Below, piece by piece: positions 1 to 9,800 of a DNA stretch of 64,000 bases. Each line of letters opens with the position of its first letter. Position 1 is the first letter of the stretch. Below the pieces are notes generated by a model that saw only the letters and a program-made list of their open reading frames with translations, had not been told where the DNA came from and made no database searches. This DNA is from Utricularia gibba (taxonomy: Eukaryota; Plantae; Magnoliophyta), in the NCBI GenBank assembly GCA_002189035.1, contig NEEC01000041.1, positions 62,001-126,000 of the forward strand, given 5' to 3'. The translations under genes were made by a program, and so were the position numbers.

Positions 1-3000
1 GGATATCTTGCAAATGGTGATGAGTCATGTTGCACATAGCATACCGTTTCGAAGCTCGTTCGAGCAACCGTCCGTGGTTCCTCGTGATTGCCTTATATTA
101 GCCTTCGGATCGAGGGAATCTTGCAAATGGCCTCGTTAGGCACACCAACGAAGTGGCCAGCCGGTCTTTTCGTTTCATGAAAGAATATGACTCGGGGAGA
201 TGAAAATTTTCGGCATTATGTATTTCATGCCTTCATTTAAGATGCCATGGGTGTGTCCCTAGCCACAACCTCATGGTGGCCTCGTGCACTCTTCGGTATC
301 GAGTGGATATCTTGCAAATGGTGATGAGTCATGTTGCACATAGCATACCGTTTCGAAGCTCGTTCCGAGCCGGTCTTCTTTCGTGTTGAGAACTTGTTCG
401 TCCGAGGAGGCACAAATGCTCGAAAGATTGCCTTATATTAGCCTTCAGATGTGCAACGAAGTGGCCACCACGTTCGCGACGATGCGACTCGGGACTCGAT
501 GCGAATGTGATTTTTCACCATATGCAACGATGTGAAATATACGATGATGATCATGACATCGAGTGCTTGCAAATGGTGATGAGTCATCGCATGCGAAGCT
601 GTGAACATGCATGGTGTGTTCTAGCGATCGTGAATGCTTCGCCACTCTAGGTAAGAGCTTGCAACCGTTTTCGAAGCTCGTTCCGACCGGTCTTCTTTCG
701 TGTTGAGAACTTGTTCGTCCGAGGAGGCACAAATGCTCGAAAGATTGCCTTATATTAGCCTTCAGATGTGCAACGAAGTGGCCACCACGTTCGCGACGAT
801 GCGACTCGGGACACCCGACTCGATGCGAATGTGATTTTCGGCATGCAAGACATATGTATTTCATGGGACGATGTGAAATTTTTTCGAGATGATTTTTGCC
901 ATGGGTGTGTGCGATCATCGAATATCTTGCACCGGATGGTCAGCCTCGTGCCTTGGGTGTGCATCGTACGATGACTTCGATTGCAAATGGTGCACATCAA
1001 ACGGTATAGTCTTGTTTGAAGCTCATGTGTTGAGAACAGGAGGCACAAATGCTCGAAAGATTGCCTTATATTAGCCTTAGATGTGCAACGAAGTGGCCAC
1101 CACGTTCGCGACGATGCGACTCGGGGGATGTGTCGACGATGCGAACAAATGTGTGATTTTCGGCATGCAAGACATATGTATTTCATGGGACGATGTGAAA
1201 TTTTGGATTTCGAGATGATCATTTAAGATGCCATGGGTGTGTCCCTAGCCACAACCTCATGGTGGCCTCGTGCACTCTTCGGTATCGAGTGGATATCTTG
1301 CAAACGGTGATGAGTCATGTTGCACATAGCAGTCGATAGCACATTCCGAGATGTTGGGTTCTGCTCGTTGCCGATGCCGTGTCCTCGAGGAATCGAATGC
1401 AAACGACGATTGATCATAAATATTGCCTGCAACGAAGTGTGCGAATGCGACTCGTGCCGATGCCACGTCGCGATAATGAAACATGTCATGTTGCGATTTT
1501 CGAAGAATGATTTTCGACATGGGTTCGCGACAATGTATTCATGGACCCCGACATCCATGAGCCACAACCTCATAATCGAGTGGATATCTTGCAACATGTT
1601 GCACAGCATACAAGCTCGTTCCGAGCCGGTGTGTCTTGTTCGTCCGATGCTCGATTGCCTTATATTAGCCTTCAGATGTGCAACGAAGTGGCCACCACGT
1701 TCGCGACGATGCGACTCGGGACACCCGACTCGATGCGAATGTGATTTTCGGCATGCAAGACATATGTATTTCATGGGACGATGTGAATTTTGGATTTCGA
1801 GATGATCATTTAAGATGCCATGGGTGTGTCCCTAGCCACAACCTCATGGTGGCCTCGTGCACTCTTCGGTATCGAGTGGATATCTTGCAAATGGTGATGA
1901 GTCATGTTGCACATAGCATACCGTTTCGAAGCTCGTTCCGAGCCGGTCTTCTTTCGTGTTGAGAACTTGTTCGTCCGAGGAGGCACAAATGCTCGAAAGA
2001 TTGCCTTATATTAGCCTTCAGATGTGCAACGAAGTGGCCACTTCGCGACGATGCGACTCGGGACACCCGACTCGATGCGAATGTGATTTTCGGCATGCAA
2101 GACATATGTATTTCATGGGAGACGAGATGATCATTTAAGATGCCATTGTGTCCCTAGCCACAACCTCATGGTGACGGTATCGAGTGGATATCTTGCAAAT
2201 GGTGATGAGTCATGTTGCACATAGCATACCGTTTCGAAGCTCGTTCCGAGCCGGTCTTCTTTCGTGTTGAGAACTTGTTCGTCCGAGGAGGCACAAATGC
2301 TCGAAAGATTGCCTTATATTAGCCTTCAGATGTGCAACGAAGTGGCCACCGTTCGCGACGATGCGACTCGGGACACCCGACTCGATGCGAATGTGATTTT
2401 CGCATGCAAGACATATGTATTTCATGGGACGATGTGAAATTTGGATTTCGAGATGATCATTTAAGATGCCATTGTGTCCCTAGCCACAACCTCATGGTGG
2501 CCTCGTGCACTCTTCGGTATCGAGTGGATATCTTGCAAATGGTGATGAGTCATGTTGCACATAGCATACCGTTTCGAAGCTCGTTCCGAGCCGGTCTTCT
2601 TTCGTTTGAGAACTTGTTCGTCCGAGGAGGCACAAATGCTCGAAAGATTGCATATTAGCCTTCAAAGTGCAACGAAGTGGCCACCACGTTCGCGACGATG
2701 CGACTCGGGACACCGACTCGATGCGAATGTGATTTTCGGCATGCAAGACATATGTATTTCATGGGACGATGTGAAATTTGGATTTCGAGATGATCATTTA
2801 AGATGCCATGGGTGTGTCCCTAGCCACAACCTCATGGTGGCCTCGTGCACTCTTCGGTATCGAGTGGATATCTTGCAAATGGTGATGAGTCATGTTGCAC
2901 ATAGCATACCGTTTCGAAGCTCGTTCCGAGCCGGTCTCTTTCGTGTTGAGAACTTGTTCGTCCGAGGAGGCACAAATGCTCGAAAGATTGCCTTATATTA

Positions 3001-3574
3001 GCCTTCAGATGTGCAACGAAGTGGCCACCACGTTCGCGACGATGCGACTCGGGACACCGACTCGATGCGAATGTGATTTTCGGCATGCAAGACATATGTA
3101 TTTCATGGGACGATGTGAAATTTGGATTTCGAGATGATCATTTAAGATGCCATGGGTGTGTCCCTAGCCACAACCTCATGGTGGCCTCGTGCACTCTTCG
3201 GTATCGAGTGGATATCTTGCAAATGGTGATGAGTCATGTTGCACATAGCATACCGTTTCGAAGCTCGTTCCGAGCCGGTCTTCTTTCGTGTTGAGAACTT
3301 GTTCGTCCGAGGAGGCACAAATGCTCGAAAGATTGCCTTATATTAGCCTTCAGATGTGCAACGAAGTGGCCACCACGTTCGCGACGATGCGACTCGGGAC
3401 ACCCGACTCGATGCGAATGTGATTTTCGGCATGCAAGACATATGTATTTCATGGGACGATGTGAAATTTGGATTTCGAGATGATCATTTAAGATGCCATG
3501 GGTGTGTCCCTAGCCACAACCTCATGGTGGCCTCGTGCACTCTTCGGTATCGAGTGGATATCTTGCAAATGGTG

Positions 3575-3583
3575 ATGAGTCAT
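3575..3583. promoter_or_regulatory. ATGAGTCAT, a perfect GCN4/AP-1-type bZIP consensus, once per monomer (motif match only, no functional evidence)
   Basis: Exact match to ATGA(G/C)TCAT in most intact copies. A single 9-mer in one amplified unit can arise by chance. Confidence 0.15.
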
Positions 3584-3608
3584 GTTGCACATAGCATACC
3601 GTTTCGAA

Positions 3609-3621
3609 GCTCGTTCCGAGC
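3609..3621. other. Short hairpin GCTCG-TTC-CGAGC near the symmetry axis of the monomer
   Basis: 5-bp stem with a 3-nt loop; coordinate sum 7230 continues the 7252 to 7235 series of the long inverted arms. Confidence 0.7.
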
Positions 3622-3739
3622 CGGTCTTCTTTCGTGTTGAGAACTTGTTCGTCCGAGGAGGCACAAATGCTCGAAAGATTGCCTTATATTAGCCTTCAGA
3701 TGTGCAACGAAGTGGCCACCACGTTCGCGACGATGCGAC

Positions 3740-3752
3740 TCGGGACACCCGA
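3740..3752. other. Short hairpin TCGGG-ACA-CCCGA overlapping two CGACTCG direct repeats (every monomer)
   Basis: 5-bp stem with a 3-nt loop; local context CGATGCGACTCGGGACACCCGACTCGATGCGA carries CGACTCG twice and CGATGCGA twice. Confidence 0.85.
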
Positions 3753-3791
3753 CTCGATGCGAATGTGATTTTCGGCATGCAAGACATATGT

Positions 3792-3813
3792 ATTTCATGG
3801 GACGATGTGAAAT
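3792..3813. other. Hairpin ATTTCA-TGGGACGATG-TGAAAT at the opposite pole of the monomer
   Basis: 6-bp stem; coordinate sum 7605 minus one period (347) gives 7258, in line with the outer end of the inverted arms. The right arm is the site of the AAATTT/AATATTT polymorphism. Confidence 0.6.
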
Positions 3814-6800
3814 TTTGGATTTCGAGATGATCATTTAAGATGCCATGGGTGTGTCCCTAGCCACAACCTCATGGTGGCCTCGTGCACTCTTCGGTATCGA
3901 GTGGATATCTTGCAAACGGTGATGAGTCATGTTGCACATAGCATACCGTTTCGAAGCTCGTTCCGAGCCGGTTTCTTTCGTTGAGAACTTGTTCGTCCGA
4001 GGAGGCACAAATGCTCGAAAGATTGCCTTATATTAGCCTTAAGATGTGCAACGAAGTGGCCACACGTTCGCGACGATGCGACTCGGGACACCCGACTCGA
4101 TGCGAATGTGATTTTCGGCATGCAAGACATATGTATTTCATGGGACGATGTGAATTTTGGATTTCGAGATGATCATTTAAGATGCCATGGGTGTGTCCCT
4201 AGCCACAACCTCATGGTGGCCTCGTGCACTCTTCGGTATCGAGTGGATATCTTGCAAACGGTGATGAGTCATGTTGCACATAGCATACCGTTTCGAAGCT
4301 CGTTCCGAGCCGGTCTCTTTCGTGTTGAGAACTTGTTCGTCCGAGGAGGCACAAATGCTCGAAAGATTGCCTTATATTAGCCTTAAGATGTGCAACGAAG
4401 TGGCCACCACGTTCGCGACGATGCGACTCGGGACACCCGACTCGATGCGAATGTGATTTTCGGCATGCAAGACATATGTATTTCATGGGACGATGTGAAA
4501 TTTTGGATTTCGAGATGATCATTTAAGATGCCATGAGGACTCTTCGGTATCGAATAAGGTGATGCATGTTGCACATAGCATACCGTTTCGAAGCTCGTTC
4601 CGAGCCGGTCTTCTTTCGTGTTGAGAACTTGTTCGTCCGAGGAGGCACAAATGCTCGAAAGATTGCCTTATATTAGCCTTCAGATGTGCAACGAAGTGGC
4701 CACCACGTTCGCGACGAACTCGGGATCGCGAATGTGATTTTCGGCATGTATGGACGATGTGAAATCCATTTAAGATGCCAAGCCACGGTGGCGTGCAATC
4801 GTGGATATCTTTGGTGATGCATGTTGCACATAGCATACCGTTTCGAAGCTCGTTCCGAGCCGGTCTTCTTTCGTGTTGAGAACTTGTTCGTCCGAGGAGG
4901 CACAAATGCTCGAAAGATTGCCTTATATTAGCCTTCAGATGTGCAACGAAGTTTCGCGATTTCGATGCGAATGTGATCATGCAAGACATTATTTCATGTG
5001 CCATTTAAGATGCCATGGGTGTGTCCCTAGCCACAACCTCATGGTGGCCTCGTGCACTCTTCGGTATCGAGTGGATATCTTGCAAATGGTGATGAGTCAT
5101 GTTGCACATAGCATACCGTTTCGAAGCTCGTTCCGAGCCGGTCTTCTTTCGTGTTGAGAACTTGTTCGTCCGAGGAGGCACAAATGCTCGAAAGATTGCC
5201 TTATATTAGCCTTCAGATGTGCAACGAAGTGGCGTTCGCGACGATGCGACTCGGGACACCCGACTCGATGCGAATGTGATTTTCGGCATGCAAGACATAT
5301 GTATTTCATGGGACGACCCCATGGGTGTGTCCCTAGCCACAACCTCATGGTGGCCTCGTGCACTCTTCGGTATCGAGTGGATATCTTGCAAACGGTGATG
5401 AGTCATGTTGCACATGGACATATGTATTTCATATTAGGATGGCCGAAGTGTGCGACTGCTTCGGTATCGAGATGGATAAGGATTTCGCATTTAAGATGCA
5501 TGGGTGTGTCCCTAGCCACAACCTCATGGTGGCCTCGTGCACTCTTCGGTATCGAGTGGATATCTTGCAAGTGTTGACATAGCATACCGTTTCGAAGCTC
5601 GTTCCGAGCCGGTCTTCTTTCGTGTTGAGAACTTGTTCGTCCGATGCTCGAAAGATTGCCTTATATTAGCCTTTCGAAGCGATCGTGCCGATGCCGGCCG
5701 CAACGATGACGGCACCACGACATCCGAATGTGATTGATTTTCATTTCAATGTGTCGATGTGTGATTTTCATGGGACATGATGTGAAATTTTGGATTTCGA
5801 GATGATCGATGCGAGCCATCATGGTGGCCTCGTGCACTCATCGAGTGGATATCTTGCAAATGGTGATGAGTCATGTTGCACATAGCATACCGTTTCGAAG
5901 CTCGTTCCGAGCCGGTCTTCTTTCGTGTTGAGAACTTGTTCGTCCGACACAAATGCTCGAAAGATTGCATATTAGGATGTGCAACTGGCGTTCGCGACGA
6001 TGCGACTTCGATGCGAATGTGATTTTCGGCATGCAAGACATATGTATTTCATGGGACGATGTGAAATCGCCAAGCCATGGTGGCCTCGTGCATCATCGAG
6101 TGGATATCATGATGAGTCATGTTGCACATATCATACCGTCTTCGAAGCTCGTTCCGAGCCGTTTCTTTCGTGTGTGAGAACTTGTTCGTCCGAGGAGGCA
6201 CAAATGCTCACAATAGCATACCGTTTCGAAGCTCGTTCCGAGCCGGTATTAGCACTTAGATGTGCAACGAAGTGGCCACCACGTTCGCGACGATGCGACT
6301 CGGGACACCGACTCGATGCGAATGTGATTTTCGGCATGCAAGACATATGTATTTCATGGGACGATGTGAATATTTGGATTTCGAGATGATCATTTAAGAT
6401 GCCATGGGTGTGTCCCTAGCCACAACCTCATGGTGGCCTCGTGCACTTTATCGAGTGGGACATCACCATGTTTCGAAATGGTTGATTGTTCGAGTGATTG
6501 CCTTATATTAGCAGATGTGCATGGGTTCGTGCGACTCGTCGATGCGAATGTGATTTTCGGCATGCAAGACATATGTATTTCATGGGACGATGTGAAATGG
6601 ATTTCCATCGAGCTCTTTCGTGTCATCGAGTGGATATCTTGCAAATGGTGATGAGTCATGTTGCACATACCGGTAGCCGGTCAGAACCGTCGTGCTCGAA
6701 AGATTGCCTTATATTAGCGCAACGAAGTGTTCGCGACCGACTTCGATGCGCGATGCAAGACTGGGGACGACCCGAGATGAAATGTGATGCCGATATATAT

Positions 6801-9800
6801 GAATGTTCATTCGCGACGATGCGACTCGGTCGATGCGAATCTTTCGAGACGATGGATGCCATGGTGTGTCCCTAGCCACAACCTCATGGTGGCCTCGTGC
6901 ACTCTTCGGTATCGAGTGGATATCTTGCAAATGATGAGTCATGTTGCACATATCATACCGTTTCGAAGCTCGTTCCGAGCCGGTCTTCTTTCGTGTTGAG
7001 AACTTGTTCGTCCGAGGAGGCACAAATGCTCGAAAGATTGCCTTATATTAGCCTTCAGATGTGCAACGAAGTGGCCACCACGTTCGCGACGATGCGACTC
7101 GGGACACCGACTCGATGCCATGCAAGACATATGTATTTCATGGGATCGCTTTCGAAGACTATCGAGTGGATATCTTGCAAACCCGATCGATGCAATGCTC
7201 GAAAGATTGCCTTATATTAGCCTTCAGATGTGCAACGAAGTGGCCACCACGTTCGCGACGATGCGACTCGTCGATGCCTGCTCGGTGCGAGATGGATGCG
7301 AGACATGAATTTAATGATGTCATGTTGCACATGTTTCGAAGCTCGTTCCGAGCCGGTCTTCTTTCGTGTTGAGAACTTGTTCAGGAGGCACAAATGCTCG
7401 AAAGATTGCCTTATATTAGCCTTCAGATGTGCAACGAAGTGGCCACCACGTTCGCGACGATGCGACTCGGGACACCCGACTCGATGCGAATGTGATTTTC
7501 GCATGCAAGACATGGGACGATGTGAAATTTGGATTTCGAGATGATCATTTAAGATGCCATGGGTGTGTCCCTAGCCACAACCTCATGGTGGCCTCGTGCA
7601 CTCTTCGGTATCGAGTGGATATCTTGCAAACGGTGATGAGTGTTGCACATAGCATACCGTTTCGAAGCTCGTTCCGAGCCGGTCTTTTCGTGTTGAGAAC
7701 TTGTTCGTCCGATGCTCGAAAGATTGCCTTATATTAGCCTTCAGATTGCAACGAAGTGGCCACCACGTTCGCGAATGCGACTCGGGACACCCGACTCGAT
7801 GCGAATGTGATTTTCGATGCAAGACATATGTATTTCATGGGACGATGTGAAGGATTTCGAGATGATCATTTAAGATGCCATGGGTGTGTCCCTAGCCACA
7901 ACCTCATGGTGGCCTCGTGCACTCTTCGGTATCGAGTGGATATCTTGCAAATGGTGATGAGTCATGTTGCACATAGCATACCGTTTCGAAGCTCGTTCCG
8001 AGCCGGTCTCTTTCGTGTTGAGAACTTGTTCGTCCGAGGAGGCACAAATGCTCGAAAGATTGCCTTATATTAGCCTTCAACGAAGTGGCCACACGTTCGC
8101 GACGATGCGACTCGGGACACCCGACTCGATGCGAATGTGATTTTCGGCATGCAAGACATATGTATTTCATGGGACGATGTGAAATTTGGATTTCGAGATG
8201 ATCATTTAAGATGCCATGGGTGTGTCCCTAGCCACAACCTCATGGTGGCCTCGTGCACTCTTCGGTATCGAGTGGATATCTTGCAAACGGTGATGAGTCA
8301 TGTTGCACATATCATACCGTTTCGAAGCTCGTTCCGAGCCGGTCTTCTTTCGTGTTGAGAACTTGTTCGTCCGAGGAGGCACAAATGCTCGAAAGATTGC
8401 CTTATATTAGCTTCAGATGTGCAACGAAGTGGCCACCACGTTCGCGACGATGCGACTCGGGACACCCGACTCGATGCGAATGTGATTTTCGGCATGCAAG
8501 ACATATGTATTTCATGGGACGATGTGAAATTTGATTTCGAGATGATCATTTAAGATGCCATGAGCCACAACCTCATGGTGGCCTCGTGCACTCTTCGGTA
8601 TCGAGTGGATATCTTGCAAACGGTGATGAGTCATGTTGCACATAGCATACCGTTTCGAAGCTCGTTCCGAGCCGGTCTCTTTCGTGTTGACTTGTTCGTC
8701 CGAGGAGGCACAAATGCTCGAAAGATTGCCTTATATTAGCCGTGCAACGAAGTGGCCGTTCGCGACTGCGACTCGGGACACCCGACTCGATGCGAATGTG
8801 ATTTTCGGCATGCAAGACATATGTATTTCATGGGACGATGTGAATATTTGGATTTCGAGATGATCATTTAAGATGCCATGGGTGTGTCCCTAGCCACAAC
8901 CTCATGGTGGCCTCGTGCACTCTTCGGTATCGAGTGGATATCTTGCAAATGGTGATGAGTCATGTTGCACATAGCATACCGTTTCGAAGCTCGTTCCGAG
9001 CCGGTCTTCTTTCGTGTTGAGAGTTCGTCCGACACAAATGCTCGAAAGATTGCGACAACGAAGTCGTTCGCGACGATTCGGGACACCCGACTCGATGCGA
9101 ATGTGATTTTCGGCATGCAAGACATATGTATTTCATGGGACGATGTGAATTTGGATTTCGAGATGATCATTTAAGATGCCATGGGTGTGTCCCTAGCCAC
9201 AACCTCATGGTGGCCTCGTGCACTCTTCGGTATCGAGTGGATATCTTGCAAACGGTGATGAGTCATGTTGCACATATCATACCGTTTCGAAGCTCGTTCC
9301 GAGCCGGTCTTCTTTCGTGTTGAGAACTTGTTCGTCCGAGGAGGCACAAATGCTCGAAAGATTGCCTTATATTAGCCTTCAGATGTGCAACGAAGTGGCC
9401 ACCACGTTCGCGACGATGCGACTCGGGACACCTGCGAATGTGATTTTCGGCATGCAAGATGGTGTGATTTGGATTTCGACATGATGCCATGGGGTGTGTC
9501 CCTAGCCACAACCTCATGGTGGCCTCGTGCACTCTTCGGTATCGAGTGGATATCTTGCAAATGGTGATCATGTTGGCATACCGTTCGAAGCTCGAGCCGG
9601 TCTTCTTTCGTGTTGAGAACTTGTTCGTCCGAGGAGGCACAAATGCTCGAAAGATTGCCTTATATTAGCCTATGAGATGATCATTTAAGATGCCATGGGT
9701 GTGTCCCTAGCCACAACCTCATGGTGGCCTCGTGCACTCTTCGGTATCGAGTGGATATCTTGCAAATGGTGATGAGTCATGTTGCACATAGCATACCGTT

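Larger units (their letters stand above)
3500..3750. repeat. Imperfect collinear inverted repeat within each monomer (arms about 3500-3574 and 3662-3750)
   Basis: Forward 3500-3540 GGGTGTGTCCC-TAGCCACAACCTCA-TGGTGGCC-TCGTGCAC aligns with the reverse complement of 3702-3750, GGGTGTCCC-GAGTCGCATCGTCG-(CGAACG)-TGGTGGCC-ACTTCGTTGCAC. Inward, GGATATCTT (3556) aligns with rc(AAGATTGCC, 3675-3683) and GCAAATGGTG (3565) with rc(CACAAATGC, 3662-3670). Paired coordinate sums stay between 7252 and 7235. Aligned by eye. Confidence 0.7.
3481..3827 (+). repeat. Reference monomer (near-consensus copy, 347 bp)
   Basis: TGATCATTTAAGATGCCATGGGTGTGTCCCTAGCCAC...GATGTGAAATTTTGGATTTCGAGA. Hand count: 78 C and 91 G in 347 nt (48.7% GC), 25 CpG, no homopolymer longer than 4. 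Single sites per monomer for NcoI, ApaLI, EcoRV, BstBI, MscI, NruI, SphI, NdeI and BclI, and five TaqI sites. Confidence 0.97.

Noticed and set aside
3234-3452. Cys/His-rich peptide MKYICLACRKSHSH... resembling a zinc finger
   Set aside because: CxxC plus His arises from TGCA/CATG-rich repeat sequence. The frame is broken differently from copy to copy and there is no sign of selection on it.
3573-3612. Hammerhead ribozyme core (GTGATGAGTC resembles CUGAUGAGUC), as in newt or schistosome satellites and retrozymes
   Set aside because: The first core base is G, not C, and no stem II partner (GAC) followed by GAAA lies downstream. The minus-strand CTGAAGG also fails CUGANGA. A covariance-model search for other ribozyme classes is still needed.
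3584-3708. Perfect 9-bp inverted pair GTTGCACAT (3584-3592) / ATGTGCAAC (3700-3708) as terminal inverted repeats
   Set aside because: Off the main symmetry axis (sum 7292), does not extend, and has no target-site duplication; not treated as element ends.
3696-3712. CENP-B box-like motif on the minus strand (CTTCGTTGCACATCTGA vs CTTCGTTGGAAACGGGA)
   Set aside because: TTCG and A match, but the essential CGGG is TCTG; only 6 of 9 core positions match.
3481-3827. Excess of 6-bp palindromes (10 found against about 5.4 expected)
   Set aside because: Only about twofold in a single unit and borderline; not independent of the fold-back finding.
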